Shown here: positions 1 through 11,271 of the stretch, in pieces
How the letters are laid out: each line of letters opens with the position of its first letter
Position numbering within the stretch: position 1 is the first letter of the stretch
Assembly (NCBI GenBank): GCA_002269645.1
Contig: NIVC01005256.1
Span: 1-15,464, forward strand
Direction of reading: 5' to 3'
From: Macrostomum lignano
Taxonomy: Eukaryota
Length of the DNA stretch: 15,464 nt
Made by a program: the position numbers and the translations under genes
The notes under the pieces: generated by a model
Told to the model about the DNA's origin: nothing
The model's input: the letters and a program-made list of their open reading frames with translations, nothing else
Databases searched by the model: none

Positions 1-2
1 GC

Positions 3-281
3 GGCAGCGGAAGCAGCGGCGGCGGTGGCGGAGGCGGGCGCGGAGGCCGAGGGAACGCGGAGGACGCGCCGCTGCCCATCAAGCTGGCATCGGCGGCCGC
101 CGGAGACTCGCCGCCGGCGGCGCCGCGCTCGATGGGGTCCTCAGATGCCGGCGGGGGCGGCGGCGCGTCGGCTACGGCAGCGACGGCGGCACCCGTCTTG
201 GAATTTTACAACGGCCTCGCCTGCGGCAGCGGTGGAGGCGGCGGCGAAGGTGGACGAGACTTCCTGCTGCCGATGCGGCAC
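3..281 (+). CDS. 3' part of a coding exon that starts before the window; Gly/Ala-rich, ending ...PVLEFYNGLACGSGGGGGEGGRDFLLPMRH
   Basis: Frame 3 is open from the window start with strongly G/C-ending codons. It ends exactly at a consensus donor CAC|GTGAGT (282-287, phase 0), after which the sequence becomes a 9-bp repeat. Confidence 0.7.
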
Positions 282-294
282 GTGAGTAGCGGAG

Positions 295-615
295 TGACCT
301 TGATGACCTTGATGACCTCGATGACCTCGATGACCCTGATGACCTTGACGACCTTGATGACCTTGACGACCTTGATGACCTTGATGACCTTGATGGCCTT
401 GATGACCTCGACGACCTTGATGACCCTGATTACCTTGACGACCTTGATGATCTTGACGACCTTTGATGACCTTGACGACCTGATGACCCTGATGACCTTG
501 AAGACCTTGACGACCTTAATGACCTTGATGACCCTGATGAATGATGACCTTGACGACCTTGATGACTTTGACGACCTTGATGACCTTGATGATCTATGAT
601 GACCTTAATGACCTA
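295..615 (+). repeat. 9-bp minisatellite (TGACCTTGA)n, about 36 units
   Basis: Unit-by-unit reading gives 11 perfect TGACCTTGA copies, with variants CGACCTTGA, TGACCTCGA, TGACCCTGA and a few 7-10 bp units. Confidence 0.95.
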
Positions 616-1159
616 GGGGGTTGGCCTGGATGACTATGGTTGCCCTGGGGCTTAGCGACCTGGCGCTCTATTAAAGTAGTTCGTATTAAACCGGCGCATA
701 ACTCACCCGTCACTGTGGCTGCACTCTCTGCAGCACTTCGCAATGCGCCCATCCGATGCCAATTCTGGCGTGCAGTCTTGAATTTGTCATGCAGACTGCC
801 TTGCGCCCATAGTAAGACAAGTCAAATGGGCAAAGGGGCACCTTGGGGATACCAGTTTGTTTCTGCGGCCGTCAGTTAAGAATCTGTCAATCAGGCCGGG
901 TCAGGGAGCAAATCCCATTGACTGCCGCTGCCGGAGATCGTGGGAAGCCAGTCACGAATTTGGCGGGATAACATGCTTAGCACAAAAGCGATTGTTATCG
1001 GCGAGAGAATTCCCAGCGCCTGCTGCAATAATCCGGCCGGCAGCTGGGCGATCGATGAGGGACGCCAGCATCCGTGCCGCTTCACCGGCTTGATTCATTA
1101 TGCAAGCTGGGGATTTATGCAGATCGGCTTGATGAGGCCGTCAGAACCCTCTCTGATGC

Positions 1160-1184
1160 ACTTCTCTTGCTCCATCGCCTCCCC

Positions 1185-1262
<78 letters not shown>

Positions 1263-1415
1263 TTTTCTCTCCCTCTCTTACTCACTCTTTCTTTCTTCTC
1301 TCTTTCTCTCTCCATCTCTCCATTTTCCCTCTCTCCCCTCTCTCTCTCTCTCTCCTTCCTGTCTACTCCACCCTCCCTTTCTCATACTCACTTGTCTCCT
1401 CTCTCACCCTCTGTC
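1160..1415 (+). repeat. (CT)n microsatellite with degenerate pyrimidine-rich tail
   Basis: Pure CT run at about 1191-1259, flanked by C/T-rich sequence. Confidence 0.95.
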
Positions 1416-1938
1416 CATCACTGCGTACAATTCAAACGGATCTACGGTTTCTGAGTTCAATCGCTACTCATTGGCATCTGCCAATCAATTATTTCGAACA
1501 CAAAAAGCAGATTAAAAGCAAAGCAAGCCACAAAATGCAGCAATTAGTGAAGCAAAAAAGAAATGCAGCCAGCAAAGAAGAAATTAGGCATTATAAGACC
1601 AGCTTTCTTCTTCATCTCTGCCGCTCTTTGAGAACAAAACTGCGGTAGGAATTGCCGACTGAGTGGGAGATGGGGCTGAGAACGGGATCGCAGCATTTAT
1701 CCTGCTCAAAATATTGATCCCTAGAAGCCGGCGCATCCCCGCCTCTCTGTTGCTTGAGTAAATGGGGCGGCAGTGGGTAACTTTCTTGGCCCCGGGCTGG
1801 GGTAGCGGCCTCACAAACACGTGGTTAGGGCTGGGGTTCTGAGTCCGCATTTAGAGTCTACTCATCGGGCGGCTGATTCAGAGATCGAAACTTTCCAGAT
1901 ATCCTCTTGGTGCGAGCTGCTTGGGTCTGTCTGAGCTG

Positions 1939-2286
<348 letters not shown>

Positions 2287-3077
2287 GGAACAGCTGCAAG
2301 CTACCAGCAACTGCACTAACAGGCAGGATTAGCCGGGTCAAACGGGCAAGCAGCAGTTGAGAAGGCAAGAACAGGACGCCTCCCAGATCAAAGGAGACGC
2401 CGCCGGGCTCCCTATCAGTCTGTGGGGTGCAGCACAATTTTCGTGTAGCACAGACCGGGGGAGAAGGCGGCCGACTGCACAGTGCAGAGATGAGCTGCTG
2501 CGCAAACAGGTCTCACTACTCCTCTCCAAGCCCCGTATGACTTGTGGCAGTCCGGAGGCCCGGGAGCATCTCGAGTCAACTCGGAGAGAAAAAAGGGATT
2601 TCAGTTTTTTAACAAATCGATAATTGATTTGCGCTGTTTCAACACTTTGTAGCAAGTGAGCCCGAGAGCTTGGGGGGAGTTTCTGAGCACTGCAGCTCAC
2701 TGGGGGGGGGCACAGAACGCATTTCGTAGCGCAGGTTTCCTTTCGTGCGCTGGCTCGTTAACTCAGCCCACCCCTGAGCAGTGCAGGTGGCCGAGTCAAT
2801 TAGGGCCTGGCGCTGGTGAAGGGGCGGTCAGTTCAAAGAGAGAAAAAAACAACTCGTGTGTCTGTGGGCTACTCAGTGAGTTTTGTTTTCAACTCGGAGG
2901 GAAAGTTCGAGTCTCCAGGCACTTCTTTGATCAGGCAGGCGTGGGTTCGAGTCAGTGCTCAGGTGCACCCAAGCTCGGGGTTGAACTTCTTCTTCAAGGT
3001 CAGGATGAAGCTGCTCAATCAGAGCATTGCATGAGCACTTTGTATCGTGTGAGCACTTGCATTGGCTGCTCGCCAAC

Positions 3078-4012
3078 AATGGCACTCCATTAATTAAATA
3101 TGGCATTCTATCGATTATGAAATGGCACTCCATCGAATATAATGGCACTCCATCGAATAATAATGGCACTCCATCGAATAATAATGGCACTCCATCGAAT
3201 AATAATGGCACTCCATCGAATAATAATGGCACTCCATCGAATAACAATGGCACTCCATCGAATAATAATGGCCACTCCATCGAATAACAATGGCACTCCA
3301 TCGAATAATAATGGCACTCCATCGAATAACAATGCACTATATCGAATAATAATGGCACTCCATGGCACTTCAGCTTAAGAAATGGCACTCCATAGATTAA
3401 GAAATGGCACTCCATAGATTAAGGAATGGCACTCCATCAATTAAGAAATGGCACTCCATAGATTAAGGAATGGCACTCCATAGATTAAGGAATGGCACTC
3501 CATCAATTAAGAAATGGCACTCCATAGATTAAGGAATGGCACTCCATAGATTAAGGAATGGCACTCCATAGATTAAGGAATGACACTCCACAGAGATTAA
3601 GGAATGGCACTCCATAGATTAAGGAACGGCACTCCATAGATTAAGGAATAGCACTCCATAGATTAAGGAATGGCACTCCATAGATTAAGGAATGGCACTC
3701 CATCAATTAAGAAATGGCACTTCATCGATTAAGGAATGGCACTCCATCGATTAAGGAATGGCACTTCATCGATTAAGGAATGGCACTCCATCAATTAAGA
3801 ATGGCACTCCATAGATTAAGGAATGGCACTTCACAGAGATTAAGAAATGGCACTCTATAGATTAAGGAATGGCACTCCACAGAGATTAAGGAATGGCACT
3901 CCATAGATTAAGGAATGGCACTCCATCAATTAAGAAATGGCACTCCATAGATTAAGGAATGGCACTCCATAGATTAAGGAATGGCACTCCATAGTTTAAG
4001 GAAAGGCACTCT
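3078..4012 (+). repeat. Bipartite minisatellite: 21-bp AATGGCACTCCATCGAATAAT units followed by 22-bp AATGGCACTCCATAGATTAAGG units
   Basis: Head-to-tail units with no unique spacers; the unit type switches at about 3361-3380. Confidence 0.95.
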
Positions 4013-5372
4013 ATAAAAGAAAAATTTTACTCAAAGTCTACAACTGTGCTCACCAATAATCAACCAGCGCCATCTCACCCAATCAAAAAGGTGTCTCGCC
4101 AAAGAGTACCATATTTCAAAATGGCTTCATGCTGATTTTCAAAATGGCGCCATTCGATCAATGATAGTAAAAAAATTCCCAAGTTACAATAATTGACTTC
4201 ACCCTACTGGACGCATTGTGTCTGTTGGCGTAGACCTCATTATTTCCTAGAAAATCATTCCTAGAAACCGTCCACTCCCTGGTGGCGCTTACCTGGGCTG
4301 CAATACAGGCGCTTCTCCTCTCAGCATCGCCAAGCTTGCCATCCCGGACTCAGAGCCGCAGCCACACTGCACTGGGGGCAGTTTGACTGACAGGCGGCTC
4401 CAGGCTGGCCCTCCCCTCCTAAACCCCTCAAAAAATGTCAAACAGCAGCTTCTCAGTTTCACTGGAGCTTCAACGGAATAGAAAACGCATTAAAGCCTGC
4501 CAGAGAGCTCAGTGTCTGTTAATATTATCACAGAACTGTCCCTCACTAAGCTGAAGTGTCAAGAGCCCCCAGCTGCAGCAGTCTCGATCAAGTGTGTTCC
4601 CTGCCAACACGCTGAGTGCCTGCGCTTCCCAAACAGACAAGTCCGAGGCAAAGTCCGCCCGCATATTTCCGAATTAGTGTGTATTTGAGCTTTTTTCCTG
4701 CTCAATATTCATCTATAATGTGTCGCACCCACCTCTCTCCTGTCAGCTATCCAGAAGAGCCACTTGGAGTTCTTTTTCTTTTCTCTTCTTTCGCTGAGCA
4801 GTTGCGTCAAGTGCCGGAGCCGCAGCCCATGGGTGTCGCTCTCTGCTCTTTTGTTAGTCAAATTCTGGCCCGCAGATATCGCGGACCCATTGTTGCCCAC
4901 AGAGCGACTGCACGGAAATCACCTTTTCTCCATTTATCCGTGCCTGGCCTCATTAAATCATTTTGCCACCGACAATGGCCTCTGACCTCGGGGGGGGGGG
5001 GGTTATCCTGCATAATTTATCAGGCCCCGAGCCCTAATCGCAGAGATTAACTCTATAAAAAAGGTTGCTGCGTAGGTGGGCCGGGGGGTTGGCCCGCATT
5101 CGTGGCTGGCCTGTGAGCTGACTCTGAATACTGCTCTGGGATAAATTTCCCAATAATTGACCCGAATTTCGGCCGGGGATCCGTGTCCCGAAATTGTAAC
5201 TCCTGCTGAACCTGAGCCTCCCGCCAGACTTGAGATTGTAAATTTGCAAGCAGCGCACTGGCTGCTCGGGTGATCTGGGACTGCATGGCTGCGGCGGGAA
5301 GGTCCTTCAGACTGGGATTAGGGATTAGGTTTGGGTTTGGGTTTTGGTTCGAAATAGGGGTTGTAGCCAGTA

Positions 5373-5681
5373 GGTGTTGTAGCTTAGTGGCTAGAGCGTC
5401 GGACTCACGACTTGAAGGTCGGGGGTTCGATTCCCGACCCTCTCGGAACAATTTGTGTCATTAAGCAAGGCACTTAACTCTGCGTTGCTTCAGTTCACCC
5501 AGCTGTAAAATGGGTGCCAGCATTAGCTGGGGCAATTGAGGGCGTGTGGCGACCCCCAGTCCTCGGACTGAACAGCCGTACGCAGCCTTCAGATGCGCCG
5601 CGCAATAGCTGCGGCTGAGCTGTCGGTTGCACATCTGGCCATTAGGGCAGGTGTAATCAATTAATTATTATTATTATTATT
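5373..5681 (+). mobile_element. tRNA-derived SINE with a CORE-like central domain and (ATT)n tail
   Basis: A box TAGCTTAGTGG (5380-5390) and B box GGTTCGATTCC (5424-5434). The segment TGTGTCATTAAGCAAGGCACTTAAC...CAGCTGTAAAATGGG (about 5454-5514) resembles the MIR/CORE-SINE core as I recall it. The 3' tail is AATTATTATTATTATTATT. Confidence 0.8.
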
Positions 5682-6050
5682 GAGTTTGGGTTTGGGTTCG
5701 GGTTTGAGTTTGGGTTTGGGTTCGGGTTCGGGTTTGGGTTTGGGTTTGGGTTTGGGTTTGGGTTCGGGTTTGGGTTTGGGTTTGGGTTTGGGTTTGGGTT
5801 TGGGTTTGGGTTTGGGTTTGGGTTTGGGTTCGGGTTTGAGTTTGAGTTTGGGTTCGGGTTTGAGTTTGGGTTTGGGTTTGGGTTTGGGTTCGGGTTTGGG
5901 TTTGGGTTTGGGTTCGGGTTTGGGTTCGGGTTTGGGTTCGGGTTTGGGTTCGGGTTTGGGTTTGGGTTTGGGTTCGGGTTTGGGTTCGGGTTTGGGTTCG
6001 GGTTTGGGTTCGGATTTGGGTTCGGGTTTGGGCTTTTGTTTGGGTGGGTT
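5682..6050 (+). repeat. (GGGTTT/GGGTTC)n hexamer array, telomere-like and G-quadruplex-prone
   Basis: About 60 hexamers with GGGTTC and GAGTTT variants; a short related tract lies at 5313-5350. Confidence 0.95.
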
Positions 6051-7561
6051 GGCTAAAGACTTCTTTTTAAAGGATATTTTTGTATTTATTAGAAATTTTT
6101 CGCCAGGGGGTGCAAAGTGGGTTCAATATTTGTTTTTTCCAGTATCTGTGCCATATGTTTGCGCCACTTTTTAAAGTTTTAAAGGTTTTTCTGCCATGTT
6201 TTAGGATTTAGTGCCATTTTCAAAGAGCTCTGTTTGCAGTTTAAAAGCCCGAGAAAATTCCACATTGCAGCCAAAAGTTACCAAACAGCTCGCACCCCGG
6301 TCTGTTTAATCAAAAACTCACGCATGAAATACCTTGTAATTAGCTCTGGCCCGCCTCAGCAGAACTCATGGGCCACTCTGGAGTAGTGTTTCTCTTCTCC
6401 TTCTTCTTCTTTTGCAACAGAGGGAAGCAGCAATGTTTTGTTTCTCACAAGCAATGCTGTCTGGATAAAAATTGCGTTTAAGTCACGTCTCACTGATGAC
6501 AATGCAGCACTGGTTATTAACATCAGCTCAATGAGAACTCAATATGAGCTGATAACACAGCTCATCTCCTACTGTTTGTCCACTTTGTCGGCGAGTGAAA
6601 TTACCGGCTGATGAAGCTCGAGCAAAGATGCTGGGAGGCTGGGGGCAGCAGAGGTCGGGCTCGCTCAGCGGGAGGCTGGGAGGGCTCAAGATGATGCAGT
6701 CACGACTCTTATTGCATTGCCAATATGAATATGAATATGAGTTAGCAGCGAGCCCCCCTAGCAACTAATTTTCAAGCGAGTTTCAGCCTCTCCAAATCCC
6801 GTATTGTTCAGCCGGGGTCATTGTTAAAAAAAAGTGGAGAGGACAGCTAGAGCACGGAGCTCAGATCCCCGCTTGAGAGCTCAACTCCCCCTGCTCCCAG
6901 TCACCGCCCGAGCTCGTTTAGCCGTTACGTAAGCAGGCTTTGAGGACGCCGACGGGGAGCTCATTGAATATGCAAATTGCACCTATATGCCGCCGCCCTC
7001 GCACTCCTGTTGTCTCTCCAGCTTCACCCACATGGGCCCAGGCTAGGCGAGAAAATGGCCCTAGGGGGTGACCTAGCCTCCCAGAGCCGCATGCGGCGGC
7101 AGGACTCAAAAATCTGAAGTTCCCATTCTAGTAATCCCCAACAGCGGGGGGCTGAGTACCCCCCCTCCCAGGCTGCCGAGCAGTTTTCCAGACTCGAACC
7201 AATGCCGCTTTCACTAATTGACAAATATATTTGGCTGCGAGGAGGGCGGGGCGATGAGGGACAGAGGAGGCTGGGAGCCATCGAGCTTAGAATCCCAGCG
7301 TCTGTCAATGTCTGGCAGGCGGGCCCAGTGACTCACCGCACAGAAATGCCCGCCCGCACCCATCAGATAATCATCTTCATTGCTTGTCGCATGAAAACTC
7401 AAAACACAGCCAGGCCCGGAGTCTCGGGTTACACGCATGGCCACTTCCTGAGCTGCGCGGGTAATTAGCGAGCCCCGGCTGCAGATTTGGGCGGGCCGGA
7501 GGGGGTCCCCGCGGCGCTTAATTAAGGTGGCGCTTTTATGCCGCAATTTCGCCAATTCCAG

Positions 7562-7708
7562 TACCGAGAATTTGACTACATGGCGCCAGCGTTTGGGCCC
7601 GCGGCGGCTGCGGCAGCGGCTGCGGTGCCCGCAGCGGCCAGTCCTCGGAGTCCGACAGCGGCCGGGGCACCACCTGCTTCGTTGATGACGATCCGTTCCG
7701 AGAGATCG
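7562..7708 (+). CDS. Internal coding exon, 5' boundary ambiguous (7562 or 7590); preferred frame reads ...GGCGSGCGARSGQSSESDSGRGTTCFVDDDPFREI
   Basis: GC-rich island with acceptor TTCCAG (7561) or GCCAG (7589) and donor G|GTGAGC (7709), followed by a (GAT)n array. The DSGRG frame has almost all C-ending codons and exits in phase 1, matching the exon at 10597. Confidence 0.6.
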
Positions 7709-7721
7709 GTGAGCTGCTGGC

Positions 7722-7817
7722 GATGATAGAGATGATGCTGATGATGATGATGCTGATGATGATGATGATGATGATGATGCTGATGATGATGATGGCGGTG
7801 GATGATGATGATGGCGG

Positions 7818-7850
<33 letters not shown>

Positions 7851-7950
7851 GTGATGGTGATGATGATTATGATGATAAGGATGATGTTGATGATGATGAT
7901 GATGATAGTGATGATGATGTTGATGATGATGACAATGATAGTGATGATGC

Positions 7951-7985
<35 letters not shown>

Positions 7986-7998
7986 GTGGTGGATGATG

Positions 7999-8030
<32 letters not shown>

Positions 8031-8228
8031 GATGGTGATGATGATTATGATGATAATGATGATGTTGTTGATGATGATGATGATAGTGATGATGATGTTG
8101 ATGATGATGATGATGATGATGATAGAGATGATGCTGATGATGATGATGGCGGTGGATGATGATGATGGTGATGATGATTATGATGATAAGGATGATGTTG
8201 ATGATGATGATGATGATAGTGATGATGC

Positions 8229-8317
<89 letters not shown>

Positions 8318-8327
8318 GTGGTGGATG

Positions 8328-8359
<32 letters not shown>

Positions 8360-8460
8360 GATTGTGATGATGATTATGATGATAATGATGATGTTGATGA
8401 TGATGATGATGATAGTGATGATGATGTTGATGATGATGATGATGATGATAGTGATGATGC

Positions 8461-8501
<41 letters not shown>

Positions 8502-8510
8502 GTGGTGGTG
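7722..8510 (+). repeat. (GAT)n trinucleotide array with a higher-order unit of about 163-185 bp
   Basis: The same order of variant triplets (GGT, TAT, AAG/AAT, GTT, AGT, GCT) recurs, and each block ends in GGT/GGC GGT G. Confidence 0.95.
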
Positions 8511-9059
8511 ATTTGACAGTGATGGGCATTAAAAATCCAGGAGTTCCGCTGGTAGGGCTGGGCAAAGAAACTCGCTAAAAAAGCGGTAAAAATCAAACAA
8601 ATTAGTGATGAATTTCCATTTCGCTAATCAAAGCGCTCCGAGCTGGCTGCACACGCAGGGCTCAAAGCGCGGCATTCGAATGTCCCGATTGCCATGCTGG
8701 GTGGCGGATCAAAACAAGGCGCGCCTGCCATTGATGAAGCCGCTCACTGACCAGGGCGGACGTTGCGGCGTTTTGATCTCGCCAGCTCCGATTCGAGTTG
8801 ACAAGTTGGAGCTCCGGGGGAGGGAGGGCAGCTCAGAGTTGGGGGAAAATCAAATTAACTTTCGGGTCACCCCGGTCCAGGTGGGTTTTTCGAATCTGTG
8901 ATTACGCAATCCCGCAATCCCGGGGTCGGGGCTCTGGCCTGGCAACACACGGAGGAACTGATGAGGCGGGAAATGGCATGACTGCTCAGCCTGATGAGAT
9001 GGAGAGCCCGAGGGTTGACAGAGATTGACAGAGTTCCCCAAGGCCCGAAACCCGCTAAA

Positions 9060-9616
<557 letters not shown>

Positions 9617-10596
9617 ATCTATATATCAAAGTCTGCGACAGGAAGTGTCTGAATTGCCCCAGTGATCTCCCACCCGCTCACAAACAAGAATGCAGCATTA
9701 GGGAATTTGCTACATCAGTAAAGACAGTTTAATTCCCTTATGACAGCTGACTCAGGAGGGGGTTGTGGGCGGCCCAGTTGCACCGCCACTGCCCAATTTC
9801 GGCCCACTTCAGAGACAAGGTCACTCGGTATTAGGAAAACTGGCTGGCGCTGTGATGCTGGCAAAGACTTCCCCGAGCCTCAGCCGCGGCCCGAACTCCC
9901 TTTGCCAGGCGAGAGTAGAGCGACACGACAGACAGAGCGGGCGGCTCTCAAAAGAGTTGGCAAAGGCAAAGACAGCCGCGGCTGACCGTCTTTTGAAATC
10001 CGTGTTGGCAGCGGCTGCTTTGAAATTTCTGTGCTCAAAACTGTCCATTCCCCTTTGTGCTCCATCCTGCTTTGCCGCTCCCAGAAGCAGCAGCTCGGCA
10101 AACAGCCGCTCTCTCGTACTCTGGGATTTTATCTCTAAATGCAAAAAATCCGATCCCCAGATAATCTCCCATGGCCTGCCGAGATCGAATTCTTCTCCAA
10201 CAGAACTGTCTCCGGAGGGGATAAAGCTCCCAATGCCCCTTCTGCTCCCTATGAACTTCGGGGGATCCTGACCTGTTTGTCGATAAAGAGAGCCAGATAG
10301 AGAGGAGACAGGGGGACCAAGCGATTACGTCATCGCTAGGGAGTTTGGGATAAAAACGGGAGTAGAAAAGCCACAACTTTATTCCCCATACTTCACTCGC
10401 TAATCAGCAAAAAAACAGCTTTTTTGGATCGGCCATGGGATATGGGATTTGGAGAGAGGGGATAGATTGGGAAAAACTGATAGGGGATTTCAACATGAGG
10501 GGTTGGTGAGTTTTGATGGTCCAATTCAGCCGTGGGATATTTTTGCTGGGAATGGGATGAACCGGCAAACCGAGCGAAGGCCATCAAATCCCGCAG

Positions 10597-10770
10597 GAGG
10601 CGCGCACCATCCCCGCCCGAGCGGCAGGGCGCAGCAGGGAGCCGCCGACTTCCGCAGCATGACGGTCAGCCCCCGCCAGCACCCCGCCGCAGGCCTGATG
10701 TCCACCTTCACCCTGGACAGACAGCGGGCCAGGCTGGGCGCGTCACGTGACCGTCAACAATGGCCTGCAG
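10597..10770 (+). CDS. Internal phase-1/phase-1 exon: GAHHPRPSGRAQQGAADFRSMTVSPRQHPAAGLMSTFTLDRQRARLGASRDRQQWPA
   Basis: Acceptor CCCGCAG (10596), donor CAG|GTGTGA (10771), 174 nt. Only one frame is open across it and that frame is C3-rich. Confidence 0.7.
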
Positions 10771-11271
10771 GTGTGAAAATGACTCAGTGTGAATGCCATG
10801 AAGTCGCAATTTCCAAAGCCGCTTATATTTTCGATTTGATGTCCCAGCTGCACTGCTAGTAGTAGAATGTCGGAGATTTGTCACCAAATAGTTGCAATAC
10901 TTTTTGATTGATTTTGTTCCTGTTTTCACGCACTTCCGCTCCGAGCTGACTTCGACTTTGCTGTTGTTCCCTCAGTGAAATTGCTTGTGGGTTTAAAGCT
11001 CGGCCTGCAGTTACAATAGCTCAGCAGGCTCTGAACTCATTTATTGTGTCATTGTTATTTGATTTGCTCTTTTGTTCAGCTTGTAATTTTGTACACTAAT
11101 GATGCGTTTGCTATAGTGTACCGAATAAATTAAATTTTATCGCTAATAACCGCTGACTAACGAATTTGTGAGCACTGCTCCATCTTCTGCTCTGTGACTT
11201 GAGGCTTTGGCTGAGGCGCGGCAGCAATGAGTGGGAGAAGAGGCAGAGGGCACGGGGAGGGTTTATTCAAG

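Noticed and set aside
282-599. Extension of the 132-599 ORF (MTL/DDL repeats) as coding
   Set aside because: The consensus donor at 282 marks the end of coding-like sequence, and the rest is the 9-bp array.
1584-1850. LINE reverse-transcriptase C-terminal fragment (RRLLGINILSRIN)
   Set aside because: Only a vague resemblance over about 12 residues, with no other RT motifs nearby.
3078-4012. CRISPR array
   Set aside because: Units are head-to-tail with no unique spacers, no cas genes are present and the context is eukaryotic.
4200-4270. Helitron 3' end (CTAG with upstream hairpin)
   Set aside because: Two CTAG sites are present but there is no credible GC-rich hairpin just upstream.
5373-5445. 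Functional tRNA gene
   Set aside because: The acceptor and anticodon stems do not pair properly, and the sequence continues into a SINE core and tail.
5680-6174. Gly-Leu/Gly-Ser repeat protein, or a true chromosome end
   Set aside because: It is a hexamer-array translation, internal to the window with unique sequence on both sides.
4288-7338. Minus-strand gene suggested by donors CAG|GTAAG (4292) and G|GTGAGT (about 7337)
   Set aside because: No convincing matching acceptors or codon-biased exons, and no consistent exon chain.
7802-8596. Poly-Met/poly-Asp/poly-His proteins
   Set aside because: They arise from the (GAT)n array directly after a donor site, and the frame breaks at every block.
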